This document shows, piece after piece, positions 44,910 to 57,664 of a stretch of 64,000 nucleotides of DNA. The notes beneath the pieces are model-generated. The model saw only the letters and a program-made list of their open reading frames with translations, had not been told where the DNA came from and searched no databases. The first letter of the stretch is position 1. Each line of letters begins with the position of its first letter. The position numbers were made by a program, and so were the translations under genes. Source of the stretch: Lama guanicoe (Eukaryota); the NCBI GenBank assembly GCA_013239625.1, contig MU054400.1, positions 107,146 to 171,145 of the forward strand. The letters run 5' to 3'.

Positions 44910-45446
44910 TCCCTCTGGATTTAACTCCATGCAAATACAGCCCTTCACCTCATTCTTATCTGGCTCGTGTCTAGATTTAAAGTAAAATCCTTAATGCAGA
45001 GTTTCCAAGTTCACTTTGTATACAGTTCTCTAAGGGGGCTATGAATATGCTAATTTTTCAATTAAATTTGTGTTTTACATTCTCACATAACAAAGCAACC
45101 TAGATCTGACAGCCTTTCTAAAAGACTTATTTTTAAATGCCCCGGAAGGCCTTCTTTAAAGCAAAAGTGTGTGGAATTTCTGTTCTTGTATTTGTATATT
45201 GCAAGATGTCATTCTGTGCATACCTTCACAGCAGGCTAGATTAAGTCCTGTGCAAGAAAAAAACTGTCATGTGACTAAATACTTCTCTACATCCTATTTT
45301 CCAAATGAAGAATGCCGAGAAAACGTAGATGATTGCTCATATTTTTTTTAGCTTGTCCAGTTTTCACTTATTGTTAAATAATTCAGAGTCTCAAATTGTA
45401 CAGTGTTTGGGAAGAAAAAGAAAACACGTAAACTCTGAGAGTAAAC

Positions 45447-45452
45447 TTTATT
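45447..45452 (-). terminator. NDUFB6 polyadenylation signal
   Basis: AATAAA on the - strand about 90 nt after the stop. Confidence 0.7.
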
Positions 45453-45538
45453 AAAGTTACTTTTCCATAAAATATATTAAGTGTGGTAATGGAGCAACAA
45501 ACTGGGGCTCATACACCTTTGAAATTTTAAGGTAATCT

Positions 45539-45607
45539 TCAGTGATGTTGATCAGGAAATTCTTTCATTGGTGGAATTACTTCTCCAGTCTCCAGAATTG
45601 TATCACC
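45539..45607 (-). CDS. NDUFB6: NDUFB6 exon 4
   Basis: [28 protein letters not shown]. Confidence 0.96.
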   Translation of the reverse strand, partial: GDTILETGEVIPPMKEFPDQHH

Positions 45608-48600
45608 CTAGAAAAACAAAGATGCATTCGTGAAAAAATCTTGTCTGCAGAGGTGGTAGTTTTACTTGATCAGACCTCATCTGGAAAATCTAGGTCAGCT
45701 CTGAGATTCACACTTTAAAAGGGACACAAGCACAATAGGAGCTGTCTAAAAGATGAGCAACGAGTCTTCAAAATCTTAAGGAATAAGTGAAAGAATAGGG
45801 GGAGTTTCACTCACACAAAATGACCAGAAAGGACATGAAAGTTGCCTTTACAAAGTGATAGAGGGATAATCTTTACTTCGCTTAGCCCAGGAAATAGGAG
45901 AAGCCCTAGAAAGAAGCTTCAGGGAAACATTTTCCCTTCATTATAAGGAGGCAATGTATTCCCAGCAACTGAATGTGTTAGGCAATCACCAGTTGATGGT
46001 TTGGCTCACATGTTAGACATAGAACACAAAGTTTCCCTTGGCAGCTGGTTCAGGTGTCTTTCCAAACCCAGGTACAGTGTGTGTGGCAGAATGGGCATGG
46101 GCTTTAAAGCCAGAACCAAGTAGTGAGAACCTGGAACCCTCCACTGACAAGCTGTATAATTTTAGGCAAAGTACTTAGGTTTAATTTCAGCTGTCTGTTT
46201 AAGACAGCAAATTCTGTCAGCCTGATAGCCCATGAATTGACTGCCATTCCCTGTCCTGGTACTGCTCAGGACTGTAAAGCTGTATTACGTTTAAGCCATT
46301 ATATATTTTGGGGAAACTTTGTTACTACAGGTAGCATTACCCTAACACAGAAATTAGTAACGAAGTAAATTAGTAACTCATGCTGCTGTAAGAAAAACTG
46401 AACCACATGGCTCAGTCATGACTTAACAGTCTGGCTGCAAGGACACCGGCATTGGAGGCTAAAAGATGGAGACAAAAGGCACTAATAACGTAGAAGCAGA
46501 CTGTCTGATGAACTTGAGGTTCTAGAAGTACCTGGGAAAAAATTACAGTATATATTTAACTACTAGTGTCTGCCTTAGGAAGGTACTTTAAGAAACATAA
46601 GCTCAGGCAAGATGTGGCTGATTTGAGAGGAGAAATAAAAATGAGAATCTAAATATTCAGGGCCTTGCAATATTAGAAAATAAGATTGACTGTTTCTGAG
46701 TCTCTAAACAGTTAACACTGAAGAGATTCTAAGAAACAGAAGCCCAATGAAACCCATTATACAGAGGGACTCAGCACTATGGCAATGAGATTGAAGTAAA
46801 GGTGGCCTTTGAGCCAGAGGCTGTTCCAGGGGTCCTCCACACAGCCGCCACCACGCTGAGAGGCAGTTGGTAACTGTGTGTAGAAAGCACAGATACTGGC
46901 ACGGGACTGACAAGAAGCAAAAAGATTAGACTCCTCCCACCAAGCAGTTTTCTTTCCATGCCTGACAAGTGTTGTGAGAACTAGATGACCAAAGAAACCA
47001 AACCTACAGACAAGAAAAGCCTTTAAATGTTTCAGCTTAAAACAACCTCTGGCACTCGCCCTTCTGTGAGCAGGAGGTAGATTTTACAGGCTGCACAACC
47101 CTGAGGTGAACGTGCTTCCCAGGACTTATTTTAGGTGTGGTCTAGGTTGACACGGAAAAGAAAGAACCCCCCTAGACGGAGCCAGGGACCAGGAAGAACC
47201 ATGAACAAAGGCATTCCTTCCAGAAGCAAAATCAGTACCTGTTTAAGTAACTTCCCACACAAAAGTGTTATGAGACTTCTCAGTGTTTGACCATTGGGGT
47301 TTTAGGACCAAGTGACAGACAAGAATCAGTGATTGCTATGCTGTCCAGATTCCACCGCTGAATAACGAGCGTGTTTAGAGGGCAAAGGATACAGTTCACT
47401 TGCCATGGAACCTCAAATCTCCAAGGATACAACCTCCCAAGTGTAAATCTGACAGATACTACTATGCATCATCTGCAGATCTTAGATTTAAGGATGGCTG
47501 CAGTGAGGGAATGGGTCCTTGGGATTTCTCCCTAGGAAAGGGACTTCTGTTACATGTGTAGAAAGAAGGAAGCAAAGAGCTATGTGTTGACTAGAAGGAT
47601 GGACTGTGGCAGAGACTCCAGGCATGGGAGGCTGGACAATATGAAAAAGAACATAGATATCTGGGACCGTAAGAATGAGTCCTGGCCCAGAGGATTTAAA
47701 GTGAAGTGATGTAAACTACTTTCAAGCTTAGACCTTAAAATCATTCTCTGAGACAACCAGCCCTCTCTTTCCCTATAATTTTGGAAGCCTCATATTCCCA
47801 ACGGCCTTACTATAATGGAATATTGTAATAATGTAATATAGTCTGTAATGTCAAAAGGAAACAAACCTTTGTTTTATTCCGCCTCTGAGACTTGGGAGTG
47901 AGTTTGTTACTGTCTATCCTATTCTAAGTTATGGACAGATGAGCATTCTTCAGGTCCTCAGGTCTGAAAGGGGTCAATGGCATCGAAACAGGAAAGAACC
48001 ACAGTGGCAAAAAATAGAGACACAGGAGAGGTGCTAAGGAATCACTAGGTGGTTTTCTAAAGAGAGTCCTCCTTTTCCTTTGCACGGTAATGGCAAAATA
48101 AATAAATAACAAACAAACATGAAGAATAAATAAATAACCTAACTGGTGAAACCAGCAAAATAATTGAGATGACCAAGGCTCTGACATGCATAAATTATAC
48201 ATGATGAAATACAGAAGAAATCCCCTACTATTTCCTAAAGCAGAATTCCAACTGGAAGGGTTAGTCAATTTTGGTAGTTCTCCCTAAAATTCCCTTCTGT
48301 TGTAGTAGATAATGGATTGCTGTGACTATGTCATTTCATAGAAGCAAGAATCTACACTGGGTTTTCTCTTCTAACATTACAGAACTTAGAGACTGATGGG
48401 AGTTCATTATCTGTGACTAGAACTGGGACAAGAACATAACATATATTTTACCCTGCTAAACAACCACCTCAAAAACAGCCAGTAAAAATACCAACTGACT
48501 AATGAGTAATCTTTGAATGATGAGACAACTCATTTTAAATTAGGATAATAGTCCACATATTCATAATATAAATTTTTTAAAATATTTTTTATTTATTTAT

Positions 48601-51600
48601 CATCATATTATTTAATTATTTTATTTTGGCTGGGGGGGGTAGAGGGAGGTAATCAGGTTTGTTTATTTTTGGAGGTGGTACTGGGGATTAAACCCAGGAC
48701 CTCATGCATGCTAAGCATGCACTTTACCAATTGAGCTACACCCTCTCCCCATAATATAAAATTTAAAACACACATTAACAGATTATAAATTCACAGAGAA
48801 GTTAATGTCTAACTGCCTTAAGAAATGATAGTTTGTAAATAACAGAGGAATTTACTATCCTCAGGCTAGTGCCCTAAGTCCTTAACCCTACATGAAACAG
48901 GGCACCGATGAAAAACTGTTGGTGCCTTCTATTCACTTTAGGACTAGAAAGGTCACACAACAAGTTTTACAGCCAGGTTGAAAAGAAATGTGACCATCTC
49001 CCAGGTTCAACTGTATTTGCTACCTCACACTATTTCCTAGAGGCACTTAAATTTTCAGCAAGAAGAAAGGAACATTTTAGTCTCATGATCACTTGGGAAA
49101 GGAGAGAGAAAAATAAGAACAAAAACCAGAGATGTTTAAGACTTACTGGGAATATTCTGGGCTTCCTTTCAACGATGGTATATGGTTTGATCTGAAATAA
49201 AAATAATGCTGTTAATGATGGTTTTAGAGTTTTTCTAAAATAAAATAGATCACACCCCAAAATTTTAACTTAAGCCCCAAACCTTTCATTGAACATCAGA
49301 CTCATACATCCAACTTTTTACTCAAGATCTATACTTTATCAAACAGGCATCGCAAACTTAACCAGGTCCAACACTTAATTTCCCCAAGCCCCAAACTGTT
49401 CCCTATCTCTGTAAATGGCACTTTCACTCTCCCAGTTATGAAGGCCAAAAACCTTGACTTCTTAGCAGATCCTGCTGGTTCCACCTTGAGATTATGTCCT
49501 GAATCCAACAGTTTCTTACCACCTTTAGTACTACCATCCTGGTCCAAGCCTCTGTCACCTTTTCACCTATTGTCTCCTGGCTCCCAGCTCATGCCCTCCT
49601 ACAGTCTATTCTCCACTATGCAGGCAGAGTAGAGTAATTCTTTTCAGAGGTACCACCCCTCTGTCATTCCTCTGCTCAAAGTTTCCTAATTCTCAGAGAA
49701 AAAGCCAAAGTCCGTAATGTGATTTCTACCTTTGGCTACCTCTCTGATCTCCTCTTTTCTCTTTCTCTCTCTCTCTCTCTCTGCACTGTAGCTGCAGTGG
49801 GTCCTTTGTATTAGTCCAATCAGGTGGGCCTGCTTGTGCCTCAGCACCCTTATGCTTAATGATTCCTCTACCTGAAATGCTCTTCTCCAAGATGCCTGTT
49901 TAGTCCATATCTTCATTTGGTTTGTTTTTCAAATAGCACTTCCTCAAAGAAGCTTAATTAAAACAGCAGCCCCTGTCATTCTCTAGTCTTTCACCCTGCT
50001 TAACTTTCCTTCTACAGACTTATCACCTCCAATAGCATTATGTACCTCTTTATTTATCTGCTTATAGTCTCTAAGACTAAACATTTCATGAAGACTCAAT
50101 CTGCCTTGTGCAGTGCTGTATCCCTGTGTTTAGAATAGTGAATTGCACACAGGAGGTACTAAATAAATATCTGTTAACTAAGTGTGCTTATTAAGCATAT
50201 ACATCTACACAAGATACCACACCAAAAAATTTTAAAGATTACTGGCATGATGTAAGACTCGGGCAAACTGGAACCAAAAGCTGAAGAGAAACCCTGAAAA
50301 CAATGTGAAGATATTAAAATGCCTTTAACAACTTGTGGCCAGAGGAAAGAAGATACTGAAATGTCTTCAGAGAGAATGTAAAATTCAATCAGGCATAAAA
50401 GTATTAGATGAAGCAAACTGGCTGCAACGGTACTGAGGATGCAGGCCTACCCAAACCAAGTGAAAGAATGAGGTAAAAGAGAGACCTTGGGACCTCTGCT
50501 GACATAAAACCTTTAATTATGTCCGTTTCTGCTCAGGAGAAATCACCTGGAAGTAAGAATGCCTCAGACAAGCAGCCATATTAATGTCTTGAATTGTCGA
50601 CCCAGTAACTGCAGCTTGTTAAATTTGCTTCTCTTAGAAGATGAATGTTTTTCCAATCCTAGAAATACTTAGTTAAATATAGATACGACAAAGTAAATTT
50701 ACCCAGGGATTAAACAGGTTAATGTCAAATTTAAATAAGTTCTGAAAACACTGGGACAATCCATATATTCTGATATTTAGAGTATTTGTAATGTTTAAGA
50801 TAATTAGGCTATGAATGAAAAATATTGCCCGCCATATCAGTAAACAAAGGATGCTGCGGCCATCAAGCTGCCCCCCACGTTGACGGTGATGGTGAGCCAG
50901 AGGGAATGCAGGATGGAGACAAGCAGGCGGCCACCCCCAACAGTGCCCCCTGAGGGGGCTCAGGACAGGAAAGAACAGGATACTGGCCCTAGTTAGCCAA
51001 CGTGCATATCAAAGGAATAATTTCAGTAAGCCCAGACTTTTGCATCTTTCCATACCTAGAAGTGCTAAACTCATTAACTTGAGAAATCTGGTTTTCTTTA
51101 ATTAATAGTAATCTTTTGATGTTCTGACTATCTGACCTGATCTTTGTTGCAAAAATTCATATATCTTATCTCTTCCCTTGTCTCTTCGGAGCAGTCCCTC
51201 AGACTGCCCACATAAAACATAACTCTCAACTTTTCGGCGGTGCATTTTTTTTCAGTCAACAAGGCTATTAAGAGATTCTAAAAGATTCGTTTTAGGATCC
51301 TAGTTAAAATACATAATTGATTCAGATTTGTGACTTTAAGTTTAAAAAGACTTTGCTTCTTAGGGTCATTAATATGCCCTATAAATACTTAAAAACCAAA
51401 TATATAAAAATTATAAATGCAGTTTAAAACATTTAAGAGAATTTGATTATGCTTGTAAGCAGAATTGTTTAGGAAAGTTCAACCTGAATTGACCGAAAGC
51501 TAATAAGGACAAAGAAAGAAGACTGTTCATATTTCACTAGCTGTTTATGTAGTTTAACAGAATTTTAAAATTGAATTTAAAGAATAAACAAACAAGGTTT

Positions 51601-54600
51601 TTAAATTTGAAACTAACAAATTGAATATTAATTTATATTCCAGGTAACTGGAACAATTCTTTCTGCACTACACTCATGTGTTAAAAAAAAAAGTTACTTT
51701 CACTGACAGAAAATAATATTTTTTCTTCTTTAGGATCTTGCATGTTAAGACAATGAAAAATAACAGGAGTAATGATAAGTGACCTGCGGACCTGCAGGTG
51801 AGCATGAATATAAAACTTTGTTTAAGCTCATCAACAATAGAAATGTGAACTATACTCAGACCCTTAGACATATATTTTTAGCCCCCTTTAATGGCTGCAG
51901 AAAGATTTTGTTGGTTTATGAAGTAAAACTAACCCCCAACACTTACACTTAATTCATACTAGCCTCCACTAATCTTGTGTTTCTAACACATAGGACAGGC
52001 CACGTGCACTCAGACTTTCGCAGCCTGTGTTCCTAAACAAATTTACTTCCTCCTCATCACCCGAAAGCCCTCTTTCCAAAACCTACTAATAACTTCTGTT
52101 GTGGAAGAAGAAATTATCCTCTACCTTTCTAGGTTCTTCCAGCTAGTTTAAGGATTAAATTGACATAAGACAAATTAACAGGAGAAAATTAAACGAAAGT
52201 TTAATAACATGTATATACACATGGGGAGACCCCGGAGAACTCAGTCACTCACCACAACGGCCAAAATCCTAGCCTTAAAATCCACCTTCAGCTAAAGACA
52301 AAAGAGGACGTTGAGGGTAGGTGTTTGGGACTTCAAAGGAGAAATAGACAATTCACATGGAGATGGAAAGCTAAAGTTTGCTGGGCCATGCACAGACAGT
52401 GGGATAGAGGGGAATTTTAACAGACTTTGCTAGGTTCACCCCCATCACCATACCAAGAGTTCATACTATAGTTAACTATGGTGATGGCTCCCTTTCTGGA
52501 ACAGGTCCTCTATCCACATTCCTTCAGGCAGTTAGGGGGAAGGTCAAAGTTTCTTCCTTAGTCTTTTGGGCCTTGAATGTTTTGAGCTTGAAATAATCCA
52601 CACGCCAGAGACATTCTGGGGTGGCAAATTCTGCTTCCCTAAACTTTCAGGGCTACAGTTTTTTAGAGTCACAAATGACTCTCAAGTTTGGTTTCATCTC
52701 CAACTTAACTTGAGCTATTTTTCCTTAAAAAGTGTCTTCTGACTTCACTCTACTTTCTTGTTCCTGCCATCTCTGCCCAAACCAGATTCTCATCAACTAA
52801 CTTCTACTAATCTGCAACAGCCTCCAGCTGACTTGCCTGATGTCAGTACTTCCCTCCCTTCAATTCATCCCACATATCATTTTTTATGTTTTCCTAAATA
52901 TATCACTTTATCTACTCACTCTATTTAAAAATGGAAAGCTTCGCATTGCTGACCACATAAAGTTCAACCATCTCTGCCTAGCTTTCAAGACTCTCCCTTA
53001 ATTGGTCCCACCCCGCTGAGCTGAGAGTCACAGGCAACCCTGTCTTCGGGAGCTATGGCACACTTGTATCCAAATCATACCTAACTTCCAACATTACTGT
53101 AAGCTCCTTGAGGTCAGGAATTTTATCTATATATTCTTTCCACAGCAATAAAGGAAGAGATACTAGGCACTCCATAGTTGATGATCAAGTGGACATAATC
53201 TTCTTAATGAAGAGAACAAAGATTATGTCAGCAATCAGAATTTTAAAGAGCCCACACAATCAACAGAGAACAAGTGATGTAAGAGTGATTTTCTGAGGAC
53301 CCCAGTTACTTGTTTCACCCTCCTTTCAACAGGTTAAAGGAAAGCAAACAATTGTTAGGCAGTCCCTAACTTTTGTTTTGCTTTTATCTTGAAATAATTT
53401 TAAACTTACAGAGAGTTGCAAGAATTATAAAAATAATTTTTTACTGAATCACTTGGTTAGTAAATTGCTCACTGGTTTCTCACTTTAGTGTGTATTTCCT
53501 ACACATAAGGACAGTACTCTTAAAATAATCACGATATAGCCATCAAGATCAGGAAATTAACACTTCTACATGGCTACCTTCTATCTAGTCTGAAGAACTC
53601 ATTCAAATTTCATCAATTGCCCCCATAACTGTTTGTAGCGCTCAGCAAATCCCCTCTAACATAACTTATTCTCCATTGTGTAGCCTCTTAAAAGTTCTGA
53701 CTGCCAACGCCATCTTTGTTCTTTTGTCCACGCAGATGGTGCCTATGAACCAGGCTTGCAGTCACATGACAAGTCTCTTTGAGTCTTCACTCTGGAACAA
53801 ATCTTCCATCCTTCTTTAACTTTCATGATCTTGACATTTTTGAAGGTAACAAGCCCATTATGCAGAAAAGTCCCTCAATTTGGGTTTGCCTTAAGTTTCC
53901 TCACAATGAGATTCAGCTTACACGTTTTTGGCAGGAATGGCACAAAACTGATGCTGTTTGCTTCTTACTGCATCCTGTGAAGTACTACACAACTTCAGTT
54001 TGTCCTATTATTGGTAATGTAATTTAGGTTTCTTGATTAAGGTGGTGTCTGCCAGGTTTCTCCACTACATAGTTACTCTTTTCCCCTCTGTAACAAGTAG
54101 TTGAAGATAGGTATTTGGGGATTAATTTTAGCATCTTTTGTTGTTCCCTGGCTGAAGAAAATATCGCTGGTGACTCTCAAACGGTGATTTTTCTAATTCT
54201 ATCATTCCTTGTCCATTTACTATTCAACAATCTACTATACAAAAAAAAAAGCTTTCTCTTCTATCCATTAATTAAGTAATGTGTTTATTATATAAGTATG
54301 GACTCACGGATTTGCATTTTACTTATTCAGTTGGTTATCATCTATTATTATCATTATTTATTTTGATGCTCAAATTGTCCCACTGGGAATCTTTCCAAGC
54401 TGACCCCGTGTCCTTTTATATTCAACAATATACAAAAAAAAAAGCTTTCTCTTCTATCCATTAATTAAGTAATGTGTTTATTATATAAGTATGGACTCAC
54501 GGATTTGCATTTTACTTATTCAGTTGGTTATCATCTATTATTATCATTATTTATTTTGATGCTCAAATTGTCCCACTGGGAATCTTTCCAAGCTGACCCC

Positions 54601-57600
54601 GTGTCCTTTTGATTTACCTCCCTCATTCTTTGAACACTTCTTTACTTTCTGGCACAACAAGATCATCTTGTACATTTCCCAGCCCCAACCTGGATGGGTT
54701 GCAACACTCCATGCTGGGCAACCACTCCTGCTCTCCCACTCCAGAAATGCACTCCTCCCTCACCTTGCCTGGGGATCCCTACCCTTTAAAATATGGCAAC
54801 AGGCTCAGTTCAATCACCACCTGCAAGATCTCTCAGTGAAAAAAATCAAGCTTTTGGACATGCTGGATTCTAAAGAAAGTAAAAAAAAAAAAAAACAGAC
54901 ATAACAAAGGAAAAAGAAATGGTATGAAGACAAAGACAACCTTTATCTATCTTGAATTTTATCTTATACCAGATCTATGCTCAAAAAAAAGGAACAGAAA
55001 TACTTTTCTCCCTTTCAACTCAGGACCCCGAGTATACACTAGTATTATTAAGTCAACTATATCTCTGATCATGTAGACACTGTTTTTATGAGGAAATGCA
55101 TTTCAAGTTGTAAGCAACTATATAAAGATTAACTTTTTGAAAAACCATACTTCACTTAAGTTTCATTAAACCTTTTACCTAAAACGATTCAAAGTAACTC
55201 AAAATCAGTTATAAGTGGCAGATTTTTTCCATTAAGTAGAGCAGGCATAACCACATAGGAAATAACCGTGCAAAATTAAAAATAAGTTCTGGAAAACACA
55301 TACTTAAAGCATACTTACATTCACGTGATATTTGAGATAATAATGAATAATCCAGACAGGGATAAGTACATGAGTAAAAGCAAAGACACTGTGTCGGTAT
55401 GCCTTATAGATCTGGGGGGGAAAAAAAAACATGCACAAAATAAATAGATATCCCATTTTTTTTTACATTTGCAAAAAAACAAATCAATGATGCAACAATG
55501 TCATGATTATTGTAACAACTCTAAATGCTACGTACTTCCTTATAGTCTTTAGCTAACCTCACGCATCCAAATATTTTCACTAAACTTAGTGCCTGCTAGG
55601 TGACATCTACAGAGTTCAGAGCAAAGGAGGCTTAAGACAAGGAAAATTTTGCAAAAGTTGTAGTAAAGTATTTATACATACAAGTTTTTTAAAGACTTCT
55701 AAAAATTCCTTATTATAAATTTGTTTAAGATAAAATAGAGTATAAATAATGAAAGAATAATTTTAATCCATTTAACCAGAGTAATCAGAACTACAGAATT
55801 TTCAAAGTCATTTCCCTAATTTATCAACTTCAGATGCCCATAATCAACACCACTTCCAGCATTCTAGGTATAAGGCAAACAACCTTGAGTACACTAATGC
55901 TGGACAAAGAATGTTTTACACACTGGGATGGGGTGTTCCAAATTCACATTGAGATGCCTTCAGACACAATATTTTTTAAAAGAAAGGCAAAGAGAGCTAA
56001 AAATGAAACTTTTCCATGGCAACCAATTTGACGGAAACAGACCTATCCTTTCAGGGAAATGACAATCTAGATTCTAAATGTTAATAATAGATATGATCAT
56101 GGAAGAAAAAAATTAACTAAAAATAAGGTAAGACAGATTTCAACAAATGATTATTTACATCCTTACATCATTGGCTGACCAGTGGGATGTCAACTTTCAA
56201 TCACGGGCTGCCAAATCAATAAGTAATGTCAGGGAGGGAGAGGAGAGTTGAATTAAGAGTTTAATTTACCACCATAAATAAGTATCCAACACCAACTTCT
56301 CAGAAAAATTTGCACTAGACTTCATAGCACAGCAAGACAGTAGACACCAATGGATTTCAATGTGAACTCCTTCAACTCCTAGCCCTATGACTACGGGTAA
56401 ATCACTGAATTTTTGTAGGCCTCTATTTCCACACATTTAAAGTGAAGATTAGGAATAGTTTCTATCCTACAAGAGTAAAAAATTAAATAAAGTAACACAT
56501 GTAAAACCCTCAGCAAAGTGCCAGATACAACATAAACACCCAAGTGTTACTTATATTACCACCATTATTATTAGCCAATGTCTCAAGCGATTCTGAGATA
56601 CAGCATTCATCACCCATGATTACGTGATTTAAATAACCTCAAGAAAATCTCAAGAGATCCTGAAAATAAAGACAGCACCTGAGTGAGTGATTTTCTGCGA
56701 AGTCCAGGAATGGTATTTTTAAATGAAAGAGTGTGTTAAAGGTACATAGTGATAGTTTAGAAAGGGGGCTCTAAACAAGATCATCTTGTACATTCCCAGC
56801 CCCAACCCTGGAACTGGCCATTTCTCCGAGGAGCTCTGGATCCTTTCAGTGGAGAACTGTATTTAGAAAGTAAGACCAGGCTGCTAGATGTGCCAGTTAC
56901 CACAGGGTAGCACTGCTCACAGGCCCTATCAGTGGACAGAACTGGGGAATATCCACATTTACAGCTAGATTTACTTCTGTATCTTTAATACGTATTAAAA
57001 ATCATGAGGTACACCAAGACTTCCGATTCCATTCCAGTATCACAGGGCTTTCTCCCTTTATTCCATATGCATAATTCTCCAGGAGGATTCTAGGTCCCAA
57101 TATCATCAACGTATGTACTTACTTAATCAATCTTCCTGTATGTAACCAATCTCCTGTCACCACCACCACCACACTCCAGCATAAATAACCTCCTCACCTC
57201 ATTCGGGTTCTCACACCTTACTCTGGGTTGCCAGGTCCATCACTGCCCCAAACCACACTTCTGCCAGATGTCCTCCTCCCCGTGCTCAGGTTCCAGTGTC
57301 CTACACCAGGCTGCTGCCCCTGCTGCTCTCCAAACAGGTGTACTCACCAACCTCTCCTCCCCCCGTAGCCTCCACCCAGCAACCCGCTCAGGATCTAACA
57401 CTCCTCACTGGGTACAAGGATGGTCTCCTCACTCTTCATGGGTTGCAACACTCCATGCTGGGCAACCACTCCTGCTCTCCCACTCCAGAAATGCACTCCT
57501 CCCTCACCTTGCCTGGGGATCCCTACCCTTTAAAATATGGCAACAGGCTCAGTTCAATCACCACCTGCAAGATCTCTCAGTGAAAAAAATCAAGCTTTTG

Positions 57601-57619
57601 GACATGCTGGATTCTAAAG

Positions 57620-57664
<45 letters not shown>

